The translations under genes were made by a program, and so were the position numbers. The notes beneath the pieces are model-generated. The model did not search any database and was not told where the DNA came from. It saw only the letters and a program-made list of their open reading frames with translations. DNA of 63,862 bases, counting the filler, from Folioceros fuciformis (Eukaryota): NCBI GenBank assembly GCA_049999805.1. It is 5 parts of 4 records of this genome, joined end to end, with 100 filler letters (N's around TTAATTAATTAA, not from the genome) between each part and the next. Parts side by side here need not be neighbours in the genome. Positions count along the whole stretch, not along the records: positions 16,815 to 33,876 come from JBNGIO010005391.1; positions 33,977 to 44,942 come from JBNGIO010005393.1; 3 more parts are not named here. One strand, written 5' to 3'. Shown here piece after piece: positions 25,160 to 37,656 of this stretch. The stretch's first letter is position 1, and each line of letters starts with the position of its first letter.

Positions 25160-26810
25160 CGAGCCTTGCGAAACTGAAGGGATGCATGCTCAAGTGTTGG
25201 GTCGTGACGCTGAGCCTCATTGTCATTTGTGGAATCTGCTTGGGACATTGTATGCACGGCGCGTGGTGGCTTGGAAAACGCTGAGAGAGTGTTGGACAGT
25301 CTTAAGCGAACGCACGTTGTGATGTCCGTGTAATGCTTTGGTAATAAGACCGTATTTTCAGCCGGACATTCTGAGGATAGCAATCCCTTCGGATGCACAA
25401 GGTGCGTTTGCAAGAAGGAGCCCTGGGTTCACCAGATTCCGTGGGATTTTTGTGCCTACTAAAGCTTGTGCCAGTGTGGGAGCCACGTCAAATTGGAGGA
25501 GAGCAAGCAGGGAATTCGTGGACAGATTAGAGATCAACGACATAAAGCTGATGTGTCTATTTGCGTAGAATGAAACATCAATTTCTAGAGACCAAGAAGA
25601 TTACAACTTGTCACGAACCACAGTCAGAGCCAAGACAGGCACAGCCTGAAGCAGAAGGGATCAAGCAGGAGAAGAGAAAGAGCCTAAGGTGGAGCAGACA
25701 CCCGAAACACGAACATGGGCCAAGAAAGCAGAAGCGATCACACAGGAAGAGAGAAAGAACCTAGGTTGGAGCAGACGCCCGAAACACGACCATGGGCCAC
25801 GAAGTAACGGCAACACAGGGCTAGGGAGGTTAAAACTCCTGTAGCCAAATTTGTGCGCCAGTGGAGCAAAGAGAGGCCCGGAGAGGGTTGACCACACCAG
25901 AATTGTGTTCCATCGGCATTGGGGGGTTCCAGTACGTAAGAGGAACGGGCAGTGGTAGCACCACCGTATCCGATCCTGACGGTAAGCGCCCGCCCATAGG
26001 AAGTTGCATTCCTCACCATCGGAGGCCTGCCTCATAAGACCTGCCTTTTCCCAATGTGCCGACTTGAATTTCTGTGGCCTGTCCTTGAACAGGCCACAGG
26101 CACTGTAGATGGTTGACTCCCAAATAAGGCAAAGGAGCTTGTTTCTTGTAGCAGTGTCGTCGCCATTGGACATCACCGACGTCAAATGAACCCATAGAGT
26201 GTGGATGGTTGCAGCCCATAATATGAGCCACCATTGAAGAGGCCTCGAGCCCGAACAGGGCAGGGACCTCTTTGAGGTGCAAGTTCGGGTTGCCTAACAC
26301 TCTGCAAATCCAGACCTGCATATAGTTCCAAACGCATTTGGCCACAGGACACCTGTACCACAAGTTACAGGTGTTCATTCGTTTGTTCTCGCTCCAAGTC
26401 ACAGGATGCAGGTCAGGTGCCCCACAGCCTCAAACAAGCCATTGTGTCTAAAGCCCACAAGGTGTTTGCAACTGGTGAACTTTAATAAACAAAATGCTAT
26501 GGGGATAAGGCATTTCTGTACCCAATTCTGTGACATTTGTGTCTCTTCTGGAAGCATACGCAAGTATGGGCACAGCTACTTTGGAAAGCGGTTAGCCAAT
26601 GCATGTCCCAGTTAACGCCGATAGCCACTGCCTGTTCTGGTTAGAGAATCACGTAGATGTTTTAGGCTGCAGCTTGGTAGACATGAAAGCGAAGTGTGGG
26701 AGGTCCGAAGAGGCTGAAAGAATGTTGGACAGTCTTGGTCTTCCAAAAACCTGGCGACGTGCAATGCCATGGTTGCATCATAATGATGCAAAGTGCGGCA
26801 AGAACTGGAA
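25160..26810 (+). pseudogene. PLS-class pentatricopeptide-repeat (PPR) pseudogene fragments (~25160-25565 and ~26600-26810)
   Basis: Degenerate GLENAERVLDSL, SPDSVGFLCLL/KACASVGA and GCSLVDMKAKCGRSEEAERMLDSL motifs, with many frameshifts. Confidence 0.7.
25566..26410 (-). mobile_element. Non-LTR retrotransposon (LINE) 3' end
   Basis: zf-RVT-like NLWYRCPVAKCVW...LFG and RNKLL..IWE C-terminal motifs followed by UTR-like sequence. Boundaries are approximate. Confidence 0.55.
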
Positions 26811-27391
26811 ATAGCTTAATTGAAAACAAAATTTTGGACAAACTTGGTGATAGAGAACTCCTCCGGCTACTTACCCGAATGATCAGTCTGAATGAACATG
26901 ACTGCCTATTCAGCCCCTGGATCCCCGTGAGTACGGGAAGGAGCCCTTTCTTCGGATCCTCATCACACTGCTCCTGCGTAGGCGGTATGTACATACACAG
27001 AAGGGATGGAGAGTAGAAAATGACTGCTGGCCATGGCGTGCAGTCCTCTTCTGCTTTCCAGGTGGGTACATACCTGCGTCCTCGCGGTGCTGAGCCATCA
27101 CTCGCACCTGGTCCAGCATTACATATTGCATCCAGTGTCACACCCCCGAGCAGAAACGCTAGTACACAAATCCGACGGCCACTTCTCCAGGTGCCCCATA
27201 AACATTTGCTCCTTCAATTGCGACCACATCATGAAATGGGTAGCAGTGTGCAGGTTCATGCTCCCATCTTGGTGCATAAAAGCCGACGAAACTGGAGCGC
27301 ATTCTGGATCCGCTTCCAGCCACAAGTCCCTCTGCCTACACCATTTTCCTAGCCCTGGAGATCGAGTGTCCAGTGTGGAGAAGGGTTCCCC

Positions 27392-27991
27392 ATGGCCAAC
27401 CTCGTCTTACTCGCTGTGCTCCTGTGGGGAGTGGCACTGTGCGTGGCCAGCGTCTTCACCCAGGTGGATGCACGCCACGTGGACGTGGGTGCCGTGAGCA
27501 GGCATGGCGACCATGCTGCCGATGTCGAGACTAGCACTAAGACCAGCACCCAGCTCAACGGTGCTCTCTACGTCCCCTAAATAGTGCCGGGGGGACCAGG
27601 TTCCAGCTCATCTTGAACGAAGGTTCACTCTTTCCGTTCGCGAACGGGCTTGACGTGAGCTGGACGCCAACCCCTACTTGGTGTAGGCATCAAGAACACC
27701 ATATGGGAGGCAGTAGAGGGATACGCTCCTAGTTCATTCGAGTTTATCAACGCTTTCGCGATTAGAAACTCTGTCACGGGAGTAGTGCTCGTCTACAACG
27801 GTGGATTCGCTGCCGAGGTGCATGAATCGATCCCACTTGCAGGCTGGGTTGTGTTTCGGTCCGTTAGCTTGCTCTCCAAACCCGTGCTCAAGCTCAACTA
27901 CCTGCTCTACCAGACCAACGGCTACATCGAGGGAGACATTACCTTCGTCCAGGTCGGCAATTCCATCACTGCTACTGCTTCTGCTACATAG
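27392..27991 (+). pseudogene. Near-identical pseudogene of the secreted beta-rich protein
   Basis: MANLVLLAVLLWGVALCVASVFTQVDARH...ETSTKT. Premature TAA at 27578-27580 (TAC in the intact copy), plus frameshifts. The C-terminus PVLKLNYLLYQTNGYIEGD is retained. Confidence 0.88.
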
Positions 27992-29748
27992 GCAATGGCG
28001 TCCAGCTGCTTATTCTATCAAGCCATTTATGTATGGACATATCGCACTCTATCCAGTTGTGTTGCAAGGTTTTAACGCCACCTCTCCACCCTCTAATACC
28101 ACCTCTCCTCTCATCGTCCTCTAGGGCAACGAAGCCTCTACCCAAACAAACACTACAGTATACGAAAGAGGAAGACCAAGAAAAAATAGAGATGTGGATT
28201 ATTGTGAAAATGATATGCAAGATTGTGACGGGTGTGGAAGAGTAAAAGATTGCTAGAAGTTTGGGTAGCTAATGACAAGCTCAACTCCTAAAGCAACAGG
28301 CATGTTCGAAATTGGCAGGTGAGGGTATGGTCGGCGGTGTTCATGATCCAGGCAACCGGATCTGCCAGTTGGGGGCAGCAGCAGGAATATCTTGCGAAGC
28401 TAAGGAAGCACCAGAGGCTGCTCAGTGGCAGACGGAGCAACAGGAGCTCTTGTGCCAAGAGCCAGGCTTCTTCTTAGATCCCAGTCATTGGTTGGATACA
28501 AACTGAGCGGCTGCCATAAGTTTAAGCCCCCGGGCCCAATGCCCTGACTTCAGGCCTGCACAAGACCTCGAATTCACAGCCCTACTTTCCACAAGGCTGA
28601 GCGGGTGGATGAGCAGCCGGCCAGGAGAGGTGCTGGCTTGTAGACCACATTCACGTCTGCTAAGAGTCAAACCCAGACCAAACACAGCTGAACGGAGCGG
28701 TTCGCGAGGTTGTCGAAGTGTTAGAGCTCCCGGTCCAGAGAGTGTTTTCTTGTAAGCCCATCCGGTACTCGCCTGGACATTTCGTTGCAGAATTTTACAG
28801 TAACTGCTGCCATCTTCAAAATCCTGTTCCGATAGAAAGTTGGGACAGAAGAAGTCGTCGGTTGAAGGCGGCGAAGTGGTGACGACTGCACCCACAAGTT
28901 ACAACCGTTTCATGGACTCCCCAGTTGCCGACAGATTGCAGGTTCTTGCTTTTCAGACGAAGTAAGAGGTGACACATGTGAAACCAGGAGTGGTGGGACT
29001 TGGCGGTGGTGATAGCCAGGTAACGGGGGGAATCCTGAACGCTCGCGCTCCACACGCAAGGCCAAAAAGTGGCACTACCAACTTTTAGAGATATCTAGGG
29101 AGTAAACTCGTAGGCTACGATGACGGGTAGATAATAACACCACCTCAGCACGGATCCCATCCCATCCAATGGTCCTTAACGTCGAAATTCCACTGCAGCA
29201 CCGCCATGTTAGAAGAAGAAATTGTTTTTATTTAAGTCCAGAAAATGCGATTTGTATCATGATAAAATAATTTAGATTAATATAAAGGTAAAATTAATAC
29301 AAGATAGATAAATATCAATCTACATATTTATTAAAACAGTGCATGGAAAAGGCTAAACTCCACCAATTCATCCCACAAAAAGTAAACCATTTCACTTCGG
29401 GAATTGGCACCTCTAAAACAGCAAGTAACTAACTTCTCCTTGCAATGATTACATGTATGAAATATAATAATTTTATTATTATTAAAAATATATAGAAAAT
29501 CCCACCTACCTCAAAGGCCAAAAGGGCACTTACGTAAGGAGAGGTTTAAAGTTCTCTTCTTTCGGCAGCTTTTCCATGCTCTCCCTTCTGCAAAGGCTAT
29601 CATATATGCAACGATCATATTGAACACTCAATTGAGTCAACGTCAGCTATTGGTATATAATGACATTGGTGGGAGGAAGCTAGTACACTGAACTCCGCGT
29701 CCGGGACGATTCCCCGGGACCTGGTTGACCGTGGGCAGCACTCTGAAA

Positions 29749-30637
29749 ATGGCCCTTCCCTTGCTCATCCTCGCTTGCTTCGCGTTGAGCTTGTTGGCTT
29801 CAGGTAAGAGCACTCGTGAATTGTACAACACTTCCTGGACTGATATTCATGGACTCAAGCCCTGGCCAGCCAAGGCTGGCATCAGTTCGCTCACATCTTT
29901 GAACACAATCGCTATTGCTATTGCTGCAGGGGTGGTGGAGGCCCAGCTCCCCGGTAGCACGAATGTGCTGATGCTCCAAGTGCTGTATCCCGCCGGTTTG
30001 AACTATCAATGCGTGGGCAACACCGTAACCGCCACAGGGCAGGCGTATGGGCTTGTAGCCCCTGACCTGTCGACAGTAAGCACTCCAACTCAGAGCGGGC
30101 ATTCCAACATTTGATTGCATCCGCTTCTAAACTCAAGCGCTTACATCACGTGGTTGCCGTGGGCGCGCTGTGCAGTTGTTTTTGAGGCCGGTTGCTTCCA
30201 CGACATCCAATGCACGGGAAATCTTCCGAGTCTTCGAGTACCCGCCAGGATCGCTCTCTGCCGACATCGCCGAGGCCGTGGTCCAAGTCAAGAATGACCA
30301 AACGGGCTTGTGCTGGACAAGTGGACCGCAGGAGAGCACGTTCGAGCAGGTGCCCTGCGCCACAGACAAGTCCACCATTGGCACCGCGACCACTCGCCGC
30401 CAGTTGTTTCAACTCTCCCTGCAACAGGTTACTGCCTCATGTGGAGAGCCGGACGGCGTGTACCGGATCATCTCCATATTCGACACCTTCACCAACCCTG
30501 CAAACCAGCAGCTATACCGGCTGGTTCTCACTCCGTCTGTGACAAACACTGACGGCGTTCTTGGAACTCTACAGTGGATGCTGCCCACTCCTACTGTGCC
30601 CGATTTCTTCCTCACCTCCAGGGCCTTCACGGTGTAG
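29749..30637 (+). CDS. Secreted ricin-B/beta-trefoil lectin-like protein, 220 aa; exons 29749-29803, 29930-30075, 30176-30637
   Basis: Signal peptide MALPLLILACFALSLLASGVVEA. GT-AG introns (phase 1, then phase 0) give an open 663-nt CDS. Contains the ricin-B-like repeat VQVKNDQTGLCWTS...EQVPC...RQLF. Confidence 0.8.
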
Positions 30638-31584
30638 AGTGTAGTTACTTGGGACGGGTTCCTAGGCGCTATCACGAAGTCCATTTCTAGGCATGTCTGC
30701 AAGTGGATTTCAAGGCATGTCTGCAAATGCGATGCGACGACTCCAAGCGGTTGCTCTCACGATAGCTGTCCAAGCGGTTGCTCTTCTATTACATGCCGTA
30801 TCAAGGTGCATTTCAATCTCAGAAAGCAGTAAAATGCTTCAGACATATAATGTACTATGTGACATGGCATGCCCCATCTCCCTCTTTTGTACTTGTATGG
30901 CCACGCTTGTATGCAAGTCGAGTTTCGCCACTAACAAACCGTGGTATAACCTCTCAATACAACCAGCCTGGTGGGTTTAAAATTGTGCACGGGTCTAAGA
31001 ATATGTGTGCCATAAGCTGGTAGGTAGTGAAGCTTGCTTACATCCCTTGGAGTAGAGTGGATGACCACATGTATGGAGAAGGCTAGACTAGAGATATGTT
31101 GCAAGCTTCTATCGAAAGGATTCAAAGAGTCAAAATCCCCTCTCTATACCAATTGTGTGTCTCTCGAGACTGCATGCACATACATAAGATATTTTTGTCT
31201 TCCCCTTCACATTGTTTTCTACTATGAAGCGGTTTCACACTAATTTATTAGTACTTAGTGCAGTCGAATATACAAGATTGTCTGTGGTATATGTTAGAGT
31301 TTTTATATACTTTAATGAAAACATTTTTATTTTTATTTTATTAATATAACGAAGTCTTCAATTTTACAGATTTAAAACGGCTGGGACCACTTTCATCACA
31401 CGGCCTTGTAAAGCTAATTCAAGTTATGAAGCATATACGAAAACCACTGATGCATCTAAAAGTGCAACAGTTGAAGTGACTCTAGGAAGAAGGCTAAGGC
31501 TTTAACCTTGCAACGCTACAGGATATACTGCCCATATGCACATACATGAGTGGCTTGGTAGAATAAGGAGCTGAACGCCATTGC

Positions 31585-32184
31585 CTATGCAGCCGAAGCT
31601 GTAACGGTGATGGGATTGCCGACCTCGACGAAGGTAAAGTCTCCCTCGATGTAGCCGTCGGTCTGGTAGAGCAGGTAGTTGAGCTTGAACACGGGTGTGG
31701 AGAGCAAGCTAACGGACCGGAACACAACCCAGCCTGCAGGTGGGATCGATTCCAGCACCTCGGCAGCGAATCCACCGTTGTAGACGAGAACTACTCCCGT
31801 GAAAGCGTTTCTGATCGCGAAAGCGTTGATGAATTCGAGTGAACGAGGAGCGTATCCCTCTACTGCCTCCCATATGGTGTTCTGGACGCCCACCAAGTAG
31901 GGGTTTGCCGTCCAGCTCACGTCATCCCCGTTCGCGAACAGAAAGACTGCACCTGGGTTCAAGATGAGCTGGAACCTGGTTCCCACGGGCACGATGTAGG
32001 GGAGGTAGATAGCACTGTTGAGCTGGGTGTTGGTCTTAGTGCTAGTCTCGACATCGGCAGCATGGTCCCTATGCCTGCCTACAGCACCCACTTCTACGTG
32101 GCGTGCATCCACCTGGGTGAAGACGCTGGCCACGCACAGTGTCACGGCCCACAGAAGCACAGCGAGTAAGACGCGGCTGGCCAT
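31585..32184 (-). CDS. Intronless secreted 199-aa beta-strand-rich protein of unknown family
   Basis: Signal peptide MASRVLLAVLLWAVTLCVASVFTQVDA, open frame, Cys-free mature region. Two paralogs in the window conserve the protein motifs. Confidence 0.82.
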   Translation of the reverse strand: MASRVLLAVLLWAVTLCVASVFTQVDARHVEVGAVGRHRDHAADVETSTKTNTQLNSAIYLPYIVPVGTRFQLILNPGAVFLFANGDDVSWTANPYLVGVQNTIWEAVEGYAPRSLEFINAFAIRNAFTGVVLVYNGGFAAEVLESIPPAGWVVFRSVSLLSTPVFKLNYLLYQTDGYIEGDFTFVEVGNPITVTASAA

Positions 32185-32601
32185 GGGGAACACGTCTCCG
32201 CACTGGATGCTCGATCTCCAAGGCTGGGAAAATGCTTCAGGCAGAGGGACTTGTGGCTGGAAGCGGATCCGAATTGCGCTCCAGCTTCCTTGGCTTTTAT
32301 TCCCCAAGATGGGTGCATGAATCTGTACTCTGTTATCCATTTGATGAGTTGGCGCAATTGAAGCAGCAAACTGTTATTGGGCACGTGGAGAAGTGGCCGT
32401 AGGATCTATGGACTAGCGTGTCTGCACGGGGGTGTGACACTGGATGCATTATTTGATGTTGGACCAGGTGCGAGCGATGCCTCAGCACCGCAGGTGCCCA
32501 CCTGGAAAGCAGAAGAGGACTGTTGGAGTGGCGCACTCATCACATCCAAAGTTAGGGTACGTTTCGACATTTTATTAATTAGGCCTATAGATGAAGGGGC
32601 A

Positions 32602-33876
32602 TGTTAAGTTACAGGGTAACGAAAGTTCAGTTCATATATGTCCCCTGCACAGTGTCTAACTCAGCGTTTCAGCGTGAACTGAACTGACCCTGTAACGCGC
32701 CCGTGAACTGAAAACTGGTACAATCTTCTCTCTTGTGGCTTTGTTCAAAGCCCATCTGATTCGAATGTGTATAGACTCCACACCAGTAATGGCTATGTGC
32801 TCTTGTGCCTATACGTGGATGATTGTATCTTGGCCAGTAGCAGACAGACAGCACTAGAAACGGTTAAAAACATCCTCAGGAAAGAAAACGATATGAAAGA
32901 TGTAGGGGAATTGAAATCTGTGTTAGGAGTACAAGTCGAAAGAAACTTACCACAACATGAACTCTGCATACACCAGGAGAAATACAGAGGTGATATTCTG
33001 AAGAGAATGCACCTTGAAAATGCTCGCCCTGTTGACACACCTATGGTGACCAACCAACCGTTGACTGTCATGGATTGACCACAATCTGAACAAGATAAAG
33101 GCAGAAATGCAATCAATTCCATACTGTCAGACAGTTGGCTCACTTACATACGTGGCTAACTGGACAAGACCGGAGATACAGTACTCTGTGAGTCAGGTCA
33201 GCCAGTTCTTACACAATCCAGGAAAAACTCATTGGGTAGCTGTGAAGCGGTAATAGAGATACCTGAAAGGCTCAGCAAGAATGGGAATTCACTATACAGG
33301 AAAAGCGAAAATACCACATACCTTGACAGATTCCTCAGAGGCTGATTGGGGCAGAAACCCCGACGATCGTAGGAGCGTTGCTGCCTATGTATTTCTATTG
33401 AATGGCAGTGCAGTAAGCTGGTCAAATAAAAAGATCACTTCCATATGCACCTCTACAGCCGAAAGTGAATACAATGCACTCTCCATGCCTGCCAAAGACC
33501 TACTTTGGGGACGTTTTTTCCTTGAGAGCATAGACTGCCCACAAAGCCAACCTACACAATTATACACAGACAGTCAAGCTGCAATAGCTATGGTGGCTAA
33601 TCCAAGATTTCACGGACGGACAAAACACATCGAGCTTAATCATCACTTCATTCGTGAAGTGGCGGCAAAGAATAAGGCCAAGCTGATATACATTCCAACA
33701 GATTTGAATGTAGCGGATGTTCTTACAAAGCCTCTGCCTAAATACCAGCACTATAAGCACGCAGAGGGCATGGGTATACTCCCATGCTTCAATCAGAAGC
33801 CTTTGGTGCCGGCAACATCTGGCTCTGCGACTGGGTGATCCTCGTGCTCCTAATGTGCCTTGTTAGGAAGGATTGA
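32602..33876 (+). mobile_element. Ty1/Copia remnant (possible LTR start fused to RT-RNase H)
   Basis: LCLYVDDCIL...MKDVGELKSVLGVQV, ADWGRNPDDRRSV...STAESEY...RTKHIELNHHFIRE...ADVLTKPL. Confidence 0.88.
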
Positions 33877-33976
33877 NNNNNNNNNNNNNNNNNNNNNNNN
33901 NNNNNNNNNNNNNNNNNNNNTTAATTAATTAANNNNNNNNNNNNNNNNNNNNNNNNNNNNNNNNNNNNNNNNNNNN

Positions 33977-34184
33977 GCCTTCACCTGCGACACCCGACCC
34001 AGTGCCTTCTGCGTCCCCGCCTGGTCCTGCTCATCACTGGAAAGAAAATGCGGGAATTAGCGTGGGGTGCATCGTGGGTGTTGCCTCCTTAGTTGGAGGA
34101 GATGGATGCTTGCCGAGAAGGGGAGAGTGGCACCTCTTCCTCCTCTTCGTCAGCTTCCTCCTCCTCCTGCTCCAAATCTTTAGA
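33977..34184 (+). pseudogene. Frameshifted 3' end of a paralog of the Pro-rich membrane protein at 44677-45812
   Basis: PSPATPDPVPSASPPGP...NAGISVGCIVGVASLVGG/(W)MLAEKGRVAPLPP matches AGISIGAIVGAACLIGAGWMVAKKRRAAPPPP, with a 1-nt deletion in the TM segment. Confidence 0.7.
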
Positions 34185-34479
34185 TAGTATGCGTGCGCCT
34201 GCCTACACCAGCAGTATTTTAAGATGTATGTTTGTCTTTCACTGTGAAAGCACGGACGCCATGGTAAGATAACTAGTTACTTCACCTAATATTGACAAGA
34301 CTTGAATTCATTCCTGAAGCTAATCAATAGCTAGGATCAGTCCCTTTCACCATGGGCAAACATCCTTTCAATGCCTTTTGAATTTGTTACTCTTCAAGTT
34401 ATTTGTATTCTAATGTTATGTCTCATGGCAACCTTGCTAGCTCTATGATTTCTAGCATTTTTCTTGATATGTGAGCATG

Positions 34480-37400
34480 GTACCTAGCACAAGGGAATGT
34501 AGGGATAGGCCACTTGGTCTTCTTACTTCGAAAGCCGGTCTTCTTTGACACATACCATGAGATGCATTTGTGCGTCTCACAGCTGGAAATTTGGGGAACA
34601 AGCAGTGGTCTGAAATAGCCAAAGAGGTGGCTAGTACTTGTCACATGAATGGTCTATGTGGCAAGAAGTGCAAGCAGAAGCTAGAGAATTTGAAAAAAAC
34701 AATACCGCACGGAGAAGGAGACAAAGTCAAGCATAGGTTTGGTGAATTCTACTTGGCCTCATTTTCAAGCTATGGCTTCTGTTTGTGAAGGCAACCCCAA
34801 GTTTGTAGGTATTCCTAACACTCAAGATCCAAGGAGTGGGGTTGGCATCCTTCCAAAGAGTGATTCCAGCAATTTCAGCTCTCCACTATTTGACTTACAC
34901 TGTGGGCACTAAGGACAACTCTAAGGTGCCACCTTCTTGTCCAAGCTCTCCATTTCTTGCATCCTTGAGTTTACCAAGGCCACTACCAACAATCCCTCCT
35001 CTTAGGTATAGGCTATACACCTTGTATTTTTGTGGGACCCTTCATGTGTGATCCCTTTTGCATGCATGTGATGTAGATTGATGTGAACTTGTTTTGGCAG
35101 TGAATCTGAAGAAGAAGATAGAAGGAATCCCCTAGTCAAGATAGCAAGGAGTTCCTTGACTCTATGCAAGGAAGAAGGATGAAGAGAAGACGGTCTTCTA
35201 CAAGCCTTGGAAACCAATTGATCAACGGGCTTACTTCTTTTGCTCAAAGTTTAGCTGCTATTGAGTCTGCCAAAATGTCAAATCAATTGCAGTTGCAGAA
35301 GCTACTCTTGGAACATGAGAGGAAGAATCAATTGGAGATGCAGAAGCTCATGTTAGAACATGAGATTAGGAGAGAGCAAATTCGGATGGAGAACCAGGTT
35401 TGCATGGCAGAACCCTTAGCTGCAAGGAGGTCTCCTAAGAAAGCGAGGGCAAGACAAAGAGAACCTTGATGACAAGAACTTGTATTCGATTTTGAGGTTT
35501 GCATGCATGCCTGTGAAGCCTTCTAATTTCTCCCTACGAGTATATGCCTGTGTGCTTCCGTTTTGAAGTTTACATGCATGTCTATCTATCACAATTTCTA
35601 CTTACAAGTTTATACCAGCCTTGTCTATGCGTGTTTGCGTTTTGAAATTTGTATGCATGCTTATGGAAGCCTTCCAATTCCTACTTGCGAATATATGCCA
35701 TCCCTGATTATGCTCGTTTCCATTTTGAAGTCTGCACACATATTTGTGAGAGCCTTTCAATTTCTACTTATCAGTACATTGAGAGCACTTAAGAGGCTTT
35801 AGCTTGTGGGTCTGTAATAGACACGAGAGTTTTGTATCTTAGAAAATATCCATGTATTCATGAATATTATTATTAAATCAAATATTCATAACAAAAATAG
35901 CTTAAATCTATAGCAAACTTAAATTCTTTATAAACTTAATTTCTCTCAATATTTGAGGCTTTCCAGTGGTCAAACAATGCATTCCTCCGTTCCTTGGCTT
36001 CATTGTACAATATTCAATTGAAGACACCTTGCCACAAATTGACATGTCCCTCTTCATGTAATGGATATGGATCTGCATCAATGTCCCTAGGTTGTGGCTC
36101 TTTCACCATAATGCAAAAGTTGTGTAGAGCGCAGCATATAATCACAATTTGAGAAGCATACTTTAAATGCACATTCAAGTTCTTCAAAATTCTTCACTTG
36201 TTCTTCAACAAGGCATATGCATTTTCAATCTTCACCCGCCCTCGACACAGGTTCCTGTTGAACACGACCTTGTCTTCCTGCCTACTTGTTGAATTATAAG
36301 GTTTCAATAAAAATTGCATAAGTGGATATGCGCTATCCCCGACTGTATAAGGGGCCACAATCCTTCCTTCAACTTGTAATCTTAGCTCCGTCAAAATTCT
36401 ACCATCCATCATCCTTTTTCATACACTACTTTCCTTCAATCTTGTTGCATCAAGTACTCCTTCAGGACGTGTGCAACACACATCTAGAAAGAGTTTGTTT
36501 ACATCACAAATACCTTGCAACACAATAGAATGTATTTCATGTCGACACCAATATGCAACTGCGTTATCTTTCTTATCTAGTTGTTGGGCTAACTTGATAT
36601 GAGATCCATCAATACACCCCACCATGTTAGGTAACCCTACAAGAGTTTGGAACTTGGCTGAAATAACCAGTTGCCTATGTTGGGAAGGCTATGTGATAAA
36701 ATGTAAGAATCATTTTTGTGGATTGCTCAACATTTCAGTAATGTATAAAGTGTATTGTACCACTATAGCTGTACCAACTCCATACATATCAGCAATAATA
36801 TGTGGCGACAAACCATGAGCAAGGCAGTAAAGCACCATTGCCACTGCATGATCTAGTTGTAAAGGTTCCCGTAAAGAAGACAAAATAATGTAAGGTTGTA
36901 CTAAACTAACCAATGAAATGAAATTGGGATAAGACATTCCATAAGCAAATCGCCATTGAGCATCACCAACTCTCACCCAATCCCTATGCCAAGGTGTCAT
37001 GTGCACATCCCTCCATAATGCTATTTGACGAGGATATTTCCACGGAGGTCTATGTTGGAGCCACGTATTCTCCTCTTCAGTTGCTATAGTAATCATAGAT
37101 ATAAAAATAACAATAATAACACAATTCAAAATGAAGGGATCATTGGAAAAAAAAAAAATGTTCAAATAGGGAAGAAGATGACATCATTCTAGATAATTGT
37201 AAATGAGGAGGAGTGTATCTTATAGAAAATAAAGAAGTTATCCATAACTATATGCATTAAAATCCTATACTATTGCACACCAAAATACAAAGAGGGAAGA
37301 GAAAGGTGGCATACCAAAATGCAAAGAGGGAAGGAAAGGCTGCACACCAAAGTGAAAAGAGGAAAGGGAAACTCTATTGACCTAAAATGTGTGTGAGAAG

Positions 37401-37656
37401 GTGGCCTTATATAAGTGCCGGCCGTATTATAAAAAGGTATTTAAAATTAAATCCATATTACCAATACCGGGCTTGGACGAGACGCCTGTCCCGGGTTTGG
37501 TGCCTGACCATGAAATGTAGGCCTGCGCAAGTTAAATTGTGAGACCCTGCGCCGTGAAAGCCTAACAGCAATCCATCACTGCGCTAGCGCAGTTTTTCTT
37601 TGTTAGCCTTAATAATAGTAACTGTAACCACACTGTTCTTTTTGTCGCAAGGTGTG
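34480..37656. mobile_element. PIF/Harbinger family B, decayed: Myb/SANT gene (+, ~34520-35469) convergent with transposase (-, ~37165-35950)
   Basis: Myb-like GNLGNKQWSEIAKEV...CKQKLENLKK. Transposase MVGCIDGSHIKL, IVLQGICD, VGDSAYPL, RVKIENAY. Ends are not securely defined; the element may continue to ~41133. Confidence 0.82.

Larger units (their letters stand above)
27043..32520. repeat. ~1.03-kb inverted duplication (arms 27043-28076 and 31500-32520)
   Basis: GTCCTCTTCTGCTTTCCAGGTGGG at 27043 pairs with 32497-32520, and GTTGCAAGGTT pairs with AACCTTGCAAC. The arms are colinear through upstream region, CDS and 3' flank. Confidence 0.9.

Noticed and set aside
28300-29210. Minus-strand ORFs, and a DSPRY peptide shared with the ORF at 43648
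   Set aside because: There is no nucleotide similarity and no domain signature; treated as coincidence.
31585-32340. 251-aa ORF version of the secreted protein
   Set aside because: The extra 52 N-terminal residues would bury the signal peptide, and the duplicated copy does not keep that start. ATG 32184 is preferred.
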